Origin: Welwitschia mirabilis
Lineage: Eukaryota
DNA length: 42,795 nucleotides
Reading direction: 5' to 3'
Assembly (NCBI GenBank): GCA_051453625.1
Contig: JBOZIK010000001.1
Coordinates: 9,256,858 to 9,299,652, forward strand
Shown: piece by piece, positions 10,759 through 21,857 of the stretch
Layout: every line of letters begins with the position of its first letter
Position numbering within the stretch: the stretch's first letter is position 1
The notes under the pieces: model-generated
What the model was told of the DNA's origin: nothing
Databases searched by the model: none
Seen by the model: only the letters and a program-made list of their open reading frames with translations
Program-made: the position numbers and the translations under genes

Positions 10759-13700
10759 TGTTATGAAAACCAACGTAGCAAACGAAATGAGCAAGCAAAA
10801 GAACAGCACACAAGATTTAACGTGGAAAACCCTAACGAAGAGAAAACCCACAAAAAGCAGGCAAAGCTCTTAATCTTCTTCAAGAAGCAAAAAAAATCTA
10901 TACAAAACAAAACCCTTAACAACCTTTAGATAGGTTTAGGATTTCAAACCAAGTCAACCTAAAAGGTTCCAGAAAGTTCCTCTTTTAGACAGTTCCTCCC
11001 CTTTCCTCTCTCTCTTTCTCTACCCCCCTCCCCCAGCCCCCACTTCTCTCCCCCCTCTTTTTCTTCTTTTTTCTTTTTTTTAAATGAATACTCAAAAGAG
11101 TCAAAACATGGTCTCCATTTACAACATTACAAAAAGAGGGGTCAATGTTAAAACATAACCTTACAATAAAAAAGACACGTTTGGCTTCACTTTTTCCAAA
11201 ATTTTATTACTTGAAGACAAATTTGGCGAGTCTCCAAGAAGAGCTACTTATATAGCTCTGAGAGATGCCTACTTCCTTGCTTCCAGATCATGTCCCCAAT
11301 CCCACTCCATCACCAGTCCACAACATACATTTTGCTTTGTGCCATCAACAACTCTTGTCAGGAAATTAGCAAGATTTGCATGTGTGTAAATCTTCCAAAC
11401 ATCTAATAAGCCTTTTTTAACCTATTGCATAATAAATGACATTTAATATTGAAAAAATATTGGGAGAAACCCCTTTTATTCGATATATCAAAGTATTTAC
11501 AATACCCATTTATTTATAGGACACAGGTCCTNNNNNNNNNNNNNNNNNNNNNNNNNNNNNNNNNNNNNNNNNNNNNNNNNNNNNNNNNNNNNNNNNNNNN
11601 NNNNNNNNNNNNNNNNNNNNNNNNNNNNNNNTTTTTCATGTTCCACTTCTTCCTCTTCCTCTTCAAAGGAGCTACATTGAGAATCATCATCAATCATGCG
11701 ATAAGTTCTAAATTGATTTTGAATACTGCCAGGCTTCAAAGGGTGCAGGATCAGATATTTCTTCATTCTGAATCCTTTCCTAGGATATAAAATACATTAT
11801 GTCTTCATTAAAAACTACATTACATGATCTGAATACCTTCTTTTCCATAGGATGCCACAGCCTGTAACCACGATCATCACCACCGTAATCCAAAAACACA
11901 CATTTCCTAGCCCTTTTTCTAAGCTTTGAAGCACTCTATTGATAAGCATAGGCTTCACATCCAATTGTCCTAAGGTGAAAGTAAGAAACAGAACTCCCAC
12001 TCCATTGGCATTCTGGTACTTGTCCATCAATTCCATTATGTGGACACCTATTCAACAAATATGCAATGGTACTTGCAACTCCAGCCCAAAACTGTTTGGG
12101 CGAACCAGAATATATGAGAATAGCTCTCGCTCTTTCCAAAATGGTCTTGTTTTGCCTTTCAGCACCTCCATTTTATTGTGGAGTTCTAAGCACTATTCTA
12201 TGATGAATAATTCTAGCTTTCCTACAAAAATTCTCAAACTCCTTGGAAATAAACTCACCTCCATTATCTATCATCAATTTTTTAATTTTATAACCAGTTT
12301 CATTCTCAACTCTAGCCTTACAAATTCTAAATTCCTAAAAAGCTTCCTCTTTTGATTTTAAAGAGTAGAGCAGCTTTTTAGAAAAATCGTCAACAAAAGT
12401 AATGAATTATACAGCACCTCCCAAAGAGGTGTGTCCAATGGGGCCAACTAAATCAAAATAAATTAATTCTAATCTATGTTGTCTTAAACGCTTACTGTTG
12501 CTTTTAAAATTCACTCTCCTACTTTTACCAATCACACAATCTGAACAGAAATCAGAAAAAAGGGAAACTTTAGGTAATAAACCTTTAAAAATAAGCATTT
12601 GTAAACCTGTTTCACTCAAATGCCTAAGACGTTTGTGCTAAGTACTTGCTGCAACTTCTCCACTGCGCACACAAGCTAAACTAACAGGATTAACAGAACG
12701 TAAAACATACATAGTACCTTCTCCGCTTCCACAGGCAATCACTAATGTTCCTTTGCTGATTTTCCAAGAACTGCTATCAAGCGTGGTCGTAAAACCACAG
12801 TCACTAAGTTGACCAGCTGAGATCAAATTCTTTGCCAAGCCTGGAACATGTCTAACATTNNNNNNNNNNNNNNNNNNNNNNNNNNNNNNNNNNNNNNNNN
12901 NNNNNNNNNNNNNNNNNNNNNNNNNNNNNNNNNNNNNNNNNNNNNNNNNNNNNNNNNNNNNNNNNNNNNNNNNNNNNNNNNNNNNNNNNNNNNNNNNNNN
13001 NNNNNNNNNNNNNNNNNNNNNNNNNNNNNNNNNNNNNNNNNNNNNNNNNNNNNNNNNNNNNNNNNNNNNNNNNNNNNNNNNNNNNNNNNNNNNNNNNNNN
13101 NNCTATCCGACGGTGGAGTAGAACTGGAAGCATCCTTGTTCTTTCCATCCATCTTCTTACGTTTGTCTTTGAGCTTCCAACAATCTTTTATGATATGTCC
13201 TTTCTTTTTGCAGTAATGGCAGACAATGTTCCCGCCTTGGGATCTAATTGTGCTTTTGCTTCTACCATGTCCTCCCCTAGATTACAAACGTCCTCTATGA
13301 ATTGCCAAAGCCTCTTCTTGTTTCTCATTGCTAGATGAACTAAATGCATTCTGCTTTTCTATATTCGATAACATTGCCATAATTTCTTCAAGTGTCAAAC
13401 TATTCTTACCAACAGACGTTAGAATCAGAGTTACAATAATCGACCAGCTCTGAGGCAATCAAATCAGAATAGCAACAACGTGTATCTCCTCCGTAAATGT
13501 AATCCCAAGATCATCGATTTGCGAAAAATGTTTTGCATCTCATTCAAATGACTCAAAAATTTTGTTCTTTCCTTCATCTTTGTAATAAAAGCTTGGCTAA
13601 CGACCACATACCTATTTATCATAGAAGGCTAGTCATACCAATCTTTCAACTTTTGCCAGACTTCCTGCGCAAGTAAAACTCTTAAATGAGCCTTCAAAAT

Positions 13701-14022
13701 GCTATTGTAGAGACAGGGGCGAATGAAAGACAAGGCATTGGAATTTATTTCGTCCCATTTGGCATCTGGCATGAAAGCCAACCAAGCAGTATTGGGCTCT
13801 GTTTACGTGGTTCGGGCTCTTTTTACCCTACGTCCACGAAAAGCAATGCAGAGCTCTATTGATTGATTAGGAGCAAATATGTCCAGATACAACAACAACC
13901 CTCTAACAGGTTTATATAGCCTTAGGGTTACAAGTCAATCCCCTTTTACAACTTTAAAGAGGGGTCAATGTTAAAACATAACATTACGACATAAATAATA
14001 TATTTGGCTTCACATATCAACA
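10759..14022 (-). mobile_element. Ty1/copia LTR retrotransposon B (related to A), degenerate and gapped, in the putative 5' intron of the NSE4-like gene
   Basis: 3' LTR about 10759-11201; RNaseH end (KIYTHANLANFLT); integrase (FWAGVASTIAYLLNRCP, LELIYFDLVGP); KNLISAGQL; zinc knuckle CHYCKKKGHIIKDCW near 13175-13222; partial 5' LTR about 13800-14022 ending GGCTTCACATATCAACA. Confidence 0.85.
11450..11531 (-). mobile_element. Possible edge of another LTR nested in the RNaseH of copia B (cut off by an assembly gap)
   Basis: RNaseH homology stops abruptly at a TG; the next sequence has an LTR-like ...TACAA...ATTTATAGG (reverse TATA) pattern and runs into Ns. Confidence 0.4.
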
Positions 14023-14155
14023 GTAAGCGAAAGCAGTAATCATAAGAACAGCACATAAGATTTAACATGGAAAACCCTATCGCAAGGAAAAACGATGGAA
14101 AGTAGGCAGAGCTCTTAATCTTCTTCAAGCACCAAAAGAAATATGAACCTTAGAT
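14023..14155 (-). repeat. Extra LTR fragment adjoining copia B
   Basis: AGAACAGCACA.AAGATTTAAC.TGGAAAACCCTA...GCTCTTAATCTTCTTCAAG matches about 10800-10885. Confidence 0.8.
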
Positions 14156-15439
14156 CATTAACCTAATAGCTGATGAAACATGAAACTGTTTGTTTGTCAT
14201 TATTGTGTCACTCGCATTTAATAACAGTTGATTGTTGTAATGTTGTCATGTGTTTTTGCATCACAAGAATTGGTTCATGGAAAACAAACAACCACTTAAA
14301 GTTCAATCCTCGTAAGAATGAATAAATGCTTAATCACATTAGCTTTCACCCTTTAGTCATGCTATGAATTCGACATTTGGGTTCTGGTCCTGAATCCATA
14401 CAATATTTCATCACTAAGACCCTCTTGAAATGCAAACAATTAAAGGAATGGACGGAGCTGCAAACACTCTTCGAGATGTTATCGTTCAAGAAAGTTCTAG
14501 TTTGGTGTGCTGCATATAACTGAAGTTTTAGCCTGTGCGTTACCAGTTTCGAAGATGCCAAATCATGCAAGAACATAACACAAAAAGCATGCTGATCAAT
14601 CAAAGTCTACAAACTTCTATGAAAAAAAAAAATACAAATCGTGTGAATTATTTCTGTAAGAGACAATAACCATCCCTTCATAATATCTTTAACGATGTAT
14701 GTTTACGTGGGAGCATACCAAGGACTGATAACCGCTTTCCTCCTTGTTCATGTTCACAGATCAAATCAATTCGCCAAACTCATTCCAATACAAGACAGAA
14801 AGCACAGCTCTGCCACACGCAAAAAAACATAAAAACATACTGAATGATTAGAAACTTTTAGTTTATCATTGATTGAAGGGTAACTTCAAATCATGACTCA
14901 GAGCTCCAACTGGAACGGAAAAATCAAGACCAAAAAAAATCTCATGAAGCGTCAAATAAACCAAATCCAAACGCTCGCTTTGACAAAATCGATGAAAACA
15001 TGATTAAAGTCATGCAGACTAACTAGGAGGATAAAAACCGCTTTATTGCATCCAGACACAAGAAAACAGTAACAAAGATCTTTCTTGACGAGCTTCACGT
15101 CTTCAAACTTAATGCAGCTACGCATCCTCAGACTAGCTAAGCTAAATTCATGTTGCTTAAAGAAAGAAATAAAAAGGCGCATAATCAAGAGAGACAGATA
15201 TTTTCGACTTTCGTGTGCATCAATACAAATTTCGAGTTCCTCAGAACACTGGAAAATTGTCGAATTGACCCAAATATCAACAGAAACGTAGGACTTCTGA
15301 ACGCCTTCACTACCTATTCTTGAACAAACATAACAAAACGGCCGGATAAGTCAGTGGGGGCATCCAAGGAATCTCGGTGAGAACCATGATGATTGAAAAA
15401 CACAAGAATTTGCAATAGAAGAAACGCGCGGAAGCATAC

Positions 15440-15900
15440 CTGGAGTGCCTGCAGCATAGCAGGGTAGAGAATTCAGAAACAAAAACGAATTTCGGCGAAT
15501 GAACGCAGTCTCTTGAATTAAAAGCGGGAAGAGCGAACAATAAACAAGTAGCAGAAGGCCGCGACAACGAACGACAAGGAAAGAACAAAGGGGAAGAGCT
15601 GTGTCGTTTTTCGTTGGAATTAGAATTGGATTTTAAAGATGGCAACACCGAAGGTTGCAGCAGAGCGGGAAAAAAAAAAGAAGAATTGCAATTGCTTGCT
15701 GCAGCGAAATCGGTGTAGCGTATTTCTTTATTTCTGAGACAGCAAAGCCTGGAGTTTGGGTTTGGGTTATTACCCAGCTTATTTAATGGTGCGATTATCT
15801 GTTTCGTGGTATCTGCTTTTCTCTCTCCTTCCTTATCTGAGCTTCGCTTGATTTGCAGAATTCTTTTTACCAAAGGAATAAACGCTGCCGGCAAGCCAAT
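15440..15900 (-). other. Probable non-coding first exon / 5' leader of the NSE4-like gene (5' boundary uncertain)
   Basis: CpG-retaining, pyrimidine-rich sense-strand sequence ending in a strong donor CAG|GTATGC at 15440/15439; the exon at 9117 has an acceptor that needs an upstream donor. Confidence 0.5.
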
Positions 15901-16104
15901 GCACGCCGAAAGCTTTTCGCTGTCCCGTGGTCGCTGGTTGCTTTCTCCAAAGAGATGGGAACATATGACGTACATGAAACTATTTTAGGCTTTCAGGTTA
16001 AGCTTCCTTGAGGCTACGTGAAACCGGTTTGAGGCTTACCTTATGTCATGTCTACGTGAAATGGGTTGTTAAAGTGGAGAATTAACACTTTGTCACCGTT
16101 CCTC

Positions 16105-16215
16105 TTTTTTTTCAATTTTTTCTTGGCACTCCGCAGCCTACGCGCCCAACATGGGAATCGAACTTCGAACTTGTTGCCTCACAGGCCTATATCTTTACCA
16201 CTGGACCAAAGGCCC
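16105..16215 (-). mobile_element. tRNA-derived SINE-like element
   Basis: Minus strand: A box TGGTCCAGTGG (16208-16198), B box GTTCGATTCC (16163-16154) 34 nt later, short body, A-rich tail; acceptor stem does not pair, so not a tRNA gene. Confidence 0.65.
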
Positions 16216-16747
16216 ATAGACGTGAAATAGGTTTGAGGTTTACCATTTCTAACTTTTATATGAAATTAGATATTTAAAGGTTTGAATCTGTAACTTTTTA
16301 AATAGAGAACAAGTATCTATGAGTTAAATTACAATCCTATTAACTTGACTTATTTTGTAAATAAAGTTTTGTGGCTTTTCACTTCGCTTAGTAAGGTCAC
16401 AAGTATTGTATTAAACATAAAAGCCTGTCTAATTGTGAAAGTAGAATAATTCAAATAGGTTAATGGTAATGATAAAACTTAATGAAACATAAAAGACCTA
16501 ACCTTAAAAGGATTATCAAAATCAAAATATTTAGTAACTCTATATTTCCCTAATAGTATAACCACTATGAGTACTCAAAAGGATAAATTAATTACACCTA
16601 AGGCTTCATAGTCTACTGTTAACACATAAGAATTGACATCACGATTAATTTAAATGAACAATTAACCTCATTAGAAGACACTAATATAATTGATTTCATC
16701 ATAAACACATATCTTCTATTGATTTTCACATTAATTATGCACTTAAC

Positions 16748-18620
16748 TGTCATATTATGTAGTCTAATGTGACCATTATTATGTCGTATATAATGTTTTT
16801 CATGTATGCCTTAGTGTCTATTAGTTAGTTCCTTTTTTTTCCTTTTTTCTTTTTTTGTTGTTGTTGTTGTTGTTGTTTCAACATAAATTTTAGGAAGTCA
16901 TGTTTTTTAAGAAAAAGAAAAGGGATTTATCCCACATTGGTGAGGTGGAATGCCATCCACTTCAATTATAAAAGCATGTAAATAGGCACAAATTGTGTGG
17001 TAGTTGAATACCTCTTGAAGAGAAGAATAAAATTCTACCAAATTGAAGACTCATTCTTAGTTGCTTCATTTTGCTACATTTGTGCTTGATGCTTGATTCA
17101 ANNNNNNNNNNNNNNNNNNNNNNNNNNNNNNNNNNNNNNNNNNNNNNNNNNNNNNNNNNNNNNNNNNNNNNNNNNNNNNNNNNNNNNNNNNNNNNNNNNN
17201 NTGCATTTCATAATCCAAATTATATTTCAAACATGAAAATGATGATTTCATTGTAATTTCTCTTTACATTAATGATATTGTATTCTTTGCATCTTTTTAA
17301 AAGTTGATTGATGAATTCAAAAAAGATATTACATCTAAATTTGAGATGAAAGATTTAGGTATTTTAAAGTATTTTCTTGGCCTTCAAGTTAACCAAGGTG
17401 AAGATTATATGTGCATACATTAAAGCAAGCTTGCACAAACCATCATGAATAAGTATAGCCTTCATGATGCAAAGGTAACATCAATACCTTTACCTTATAA
17501 TTTGAAACCTAACAAAAGGAATAGCTCAAAAAGAATTGATGCATCAATATGTAGAAGTATGATTGACTCCCTTAGGTTTCTTTTTCATAGTAGATGAGAT
17601 ATTAAATTTGCATATTCATTTATGAGTAGATTTATGGCTGAAACAAGAGAAAATTATTTGATTGCATTAAAATTCTTAGGTATGTGTTGTAAACTTTGAA
17701 TTATGGCTTAAAATTTGAAAAAGAAGATAGAAAATTACATTGTTTTTTCTATAATGATTCTGATGGAATTCTATATGATATAAACTTCACTTTAGGTGTC
17801 ATAATTATTCATGAAAATAATTTAAGTTATTAGAAAAGTAAGAAACAAACCTTAGTTTTTATTATCATTGATTAAGCTGAATATATTTCTATGACTGATG
17901 CTTTGCAATATTTATCATGGATTTTAAAATTATTTGAATGACTACAAATTAATATGAAGACACCAATCTATGTGTTTATTGATAACATGCCAGCCATTTC
18001 ACTTTCTCAAGAACGTACCCTTTACAAGAAGTCAAATCACATTGAAAAAAATACTAGTTTATCAAAGACAGAGTCAAGAAAGAAGTTGTAAGGCCTGTGT
18101 ACATCTCAAATTAAGAACAATGGATGGATCTCATAACTAAGAAGCTACCTCCATTTAAGATGAATAATCAACTTTCAAAGGTGAACATAATTCAAGTTGA
18201 AGATGCTAATTTTGATCACATCATTCCAAAGGAGGGATTCTTATATTATGTGATCTAATGTAACCATCATAATGTTGTACATAATTGTTTTCATGTGTGC
18301 TTTAGTGTTAATTAGTTAGATAATATATTTTTGATGTTATGTCAACATAGGTTTTAGGAAGTTATGTTTTTTTAAAAAAAAATAAAAGGGAGTTATCCCA
18401 CATTAGTAAGGAGAAATGAAGTGCTATTCACTTCAATTATAAAAACATTTAAATATGAACAAATTAGGAAGCTTTATACCTCTTGAAGAGATGAATAAAA
18501 TTCTATCAAATTAAAGACTCATTCTTAGTTGCTTTATTTTTGCTACTTTTGTGCTTGATGCTTGATTCAATGTTTTAAAAATTGATAAATGCTCCATTTC
18601 TACTTTAATAAGTTTTAACA
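16748..18620 (+). mobile_element. Ty1/copia element C, degenerate; two LTRs (16748 to gap at 17101; 18239-18620) around RT/RNaseH remnants
   Basis: Clear direct repeat between the LTRs; FEMKDLGILKYFLGLQV and VFIDNMPAISL...KSNHI remnants; PPT AAAGGAGGGA at 18228-18237; gag-INT missing or hidden in the gap. Confidence 0.85.
16857..16877. repeat. (TTG)n microsatellite in the 5' LTR of copia C
   Basis: About seven TTG units, absent from the partner LTR. Confidence 0.8.
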
Positions 18621-18628
18621 ACAATAGA

Positions 18629-21600
18629 TGTTTTAGTAGCTTAAGTGAATGAAGCTTGATCATGTTTAATTCTTTAACTACAGGTTTATTTAATACTTAA
18701 ATACATTGAGATTTGCTAAAGATCAAGTTATTTAAATTGAAATAAGAAAGATTAAAAATCATAATTATGAAATTTAGTGAAAGATTAATAATCTTTAAAT
18801 ATTTTCCAAAATATTTAATAATTTGAAGAGTTTTTTTTATTATTTTGTAAAAAGAAGAAACAAATTTTGTTTTTGATGAAATATTAATGTTTTTGAGGCT
18901 TTAAATTCAATTTTTAAGTGTTATATTTGTCCTACACATGTTTGTAGATGAGTTAGCCTTCAAGTTTTATTATTAGAACTTTTTGGATGATATTTCAAAA
19001 CTACCTTGCAAGATAGACATATTGCAATTCCTAGATGTCTATAATTCATGAAAGAGATGTATTCAATATTAAAGACATCTTCACAGAATTTAGTTTTTCT
19101 AGTTATTAAAAGGATAGATGTCTTCATAGAACCGAAATTTACTTACAGAACTTTCAGGAAAAACATCTGACACATCAAAGATGTCTACTGTGAATTATCT
19201 AAACTCAGGAAAGAAGTCTCACAACTTAAAGACATCTGTGCTTCTCTAGGACATCTTCAAATTAGCCAAAGTTAACCAGGCTCACCAAGCTTCTACGAAC
19301 AAAGTGGTATCAGAGCACAAAAGATTGATAGATCACTTCAAAATAAAGGTCTGTGGATATTACATCATTGAAAGCAAGATTGTTTCAATTCATCTTTAAG
19401 GTATGACTAATAAAATTCCAAAATGCTCTATTATTTTCAATGGCCCATAAGATTTCTCATATTAGTCTCATTTGATGAAATCTTTATTACAAATCAATGT
19501 GTTGAAATGTTGTAGAAAATGGATTTTTCTCTCCTCGAAATTTGGATGTGTTGAATAGAGAACAAAAGAGGAAACATGACTTAAATTAAAAGGTAGATGA
19601 ACTAGCTAAAATGATAACATGCACTTCAGTATCAGAAGCAATTGGTGCAAGAATAATTGGTAAAGACACATACAAAAAGTATTGGGACTAGCTTCAATCA
19701 GAATTCAGAGGAACAGTTCAAAATAGACAAATCAAACAAATGAGGTACAAAAAGTAATTTGATGATCTTTATATTCAAAGAGGTGAATCACTTAATCATT
19801 TTCTTGATGAGTGTGATTGCGGACTTAGTGCCAGACAAAAGATTAACAAGTTGATTTAGGTATTCTATAATAATCATAGATACAGATAGTGCATAACCAC
19901 CACTCTCCAAACTAAGGATATCAATGTTTACACAATTGATGAGTTAGATGCTCAATTGAAGACCTTAGATAATTTAAAAGTATGTGATAACTCAAATAAT
20001 AATGTATTTCTAGCAAGAAATCAACATGCTAGAGGAGGAATAAATAAAAGAAGTAAAGGAAGAATAAATTATCAAAGTCAAGGAGGGCAAGAGGTAAAAA
20101 ATTTTCAGACCTATAAAGGTGGATATCAAAATTTCAGAGGACAACAAAGAGGAAAAGGTCCAAATCCAAGAGGTTAAAGACAACACAATTTTAGAGGAAG
20201 AGGAAATTTTTCTTCCAATAACCCTTCATCATATGGATAGCCTTCAACTCAAAAGTAAAGTTATGTTTGGTGCACAAATTGTAAAAAACTAGGTAATATA
20301 GAAGACAAATGTTGGTGGAAGATTAGCCTTCCATTCTTGATAATTAAAGAACACACATCTAAGTCACAAGATGATGGTGCCTCGACTTCATTAATGGTGC
20401 AAAATGACAAAGGAAAAGGCATTGAAGGAGGACCTTCAAATTTTTCAGCTATGATCATTACAAAACCTCTTAATTCTTCTACATGGATTGTGGATAGTGG
20501 TTATTCTAATCACATGACACCTTATAGAGACATGTTTCAAAATTTTAGGCCCATGGATTTAGGTTCCATAAAAGTGGGAGATGGTGCATTCATTAAAGTT
20601 GAAGATAGTGGTGATGTCTTCCAAAGTTGTCCAATTCTCTTCTTTCTATTGAACAAAAAGTGACAAAATAAATTAAAGTTTCATTTGATGAGGCTAGTTG
20701 CACAATTAGAGATAATCAAGGCATTACATATAATTTGAAAATATTGCCAAATCAAATTTATGCATAAATTGCCATAGTTGGATAAGAAGCACAAGAAACG
20801 TTAGAATTAATTCCTATGTCTCTGTTGATTAAAGATGATTTAATTTTATAGCATATGAGATTAGTCCATTGCACATATCAAAATATTATGAAGATTACAA
20901 AAGAGCAAAGTGTATTTGGAATTAAATGATCCTCCATACCAAATGAAATATGTGAAACATGCATCAAGGGTAAACAAAAGGCAAGTTCTCATAATAGCAC
21001 AATGGAAAGAAAGACACAACCATTGGAGTTGGTCCATATAGATTTTGTTGGATCAGTGCAAGCTTCTACATTCAAAGGATCCAGGCATTTTATGGTTATT
21101 ATGAATGATTATTCAACATATGCTTGGTCTTTCTTATTGAATTCAAAAGACGAGTCTTTCTCCACCTTCAAATATTTCAAGAATAATGTTGAAAATCAAT
21201 TGAACACAAAATCAGAGCATTTAGGAGTGACAAAGGTGTTGGATTTGTGAATGAATAGTTTGTGTAATTTTGTAATGAATGTGGCATTTAAAAGCAAATC
21301 ACATGTGCTTATTTTCCTCAATCTAATGGCATTGCAGAAAGGAAAAATGGCATAGTATAAGAAATGGCTAGATCTTTGCTTCTTCAAGCCAAGTTGCCAA
21401 ATACATATTCGAGTGAGGCTGTTACAATAGTAATTTATCCTCTTAAGAAAGTTATTACATTAACCAACTAAGGTAAGACATCTTATGAACTCATTTTGAA
21501 AAGAGCACCAGTGCTATCTCATTTAAAAAAATTTGGTTGCATATGTTAGGTGTATATTTCAAATCAATTGATATCAAAACTAGATGCAATAAGCAAAAAT

Positions 21601-21857
21601 GCATTTTTGTCGACTGTGATATCAAGTCTTGTGCATACCATTGTTTTAAGTGTATTAGCCACAATTACTTCATTTTAAGAGATGTAAAGTTTAATGAATT
21701 CAAGTTTGAACTTGGAACTTCATAGATGAAGAAAAGTAATAAAAAGCCAGAAGTCACATTTAATCAACCAGAAATTTCATCAAAATTTTTAAGAGATCAT
21801 CCTCCAAGATAAATGTTTGATCAAAATTTTAGTAGAAGGCTTACAAGAAGTGAAGTA
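18629..21857 (+). mobile_element. 5' half of Ty1/copia element D (LTR to 19301, PBS, gag-PR-INT), cut by the Sirevirus LTR at 21858
   Basis: PBS TGGTATCAGAGC 19305-19316; WCTNCKKLGNIEDKCW knuckle; WIVDSGYSNHMT protease; PLELVHIDFVG integrase; LTR left edge approximate. Confidence 0.85.
19305..19316 (+). promoter_or_regulatory. Primer binding site (initiator tRNA-Met)
   Basis: Exact TGGTATCAGAGC just after ...GAACA. Confidence 0.9.

Noticed and set aside
14170..14263. CTGATGA with a weak inverted repeat (C/D snoRNA, hammerhead or MITE)
   Set aside because: No matching D box or ribozyme helices found and the inverted repeat is too imperfect
15310..15975. 221-aa minus-strand ORF upstream of the gene
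   Set aside because: No recognisable domain, Ser/Leu/Phe/Cys-rich as expected from UTR sequence, runs through a strong donor, and splicing to 9117 gives an immediate stop rather than an NSE4 fusion
16140..16215. Functional tRNA gene
   Set aside because: Acceptor, anticodon and T stems do not pair
16277..16332. Second, older tRNA-like SINE head on the minus strand
   Set aside because: Only a decayed B-box-like AGATTCAAACC is visible; too degenerate to support
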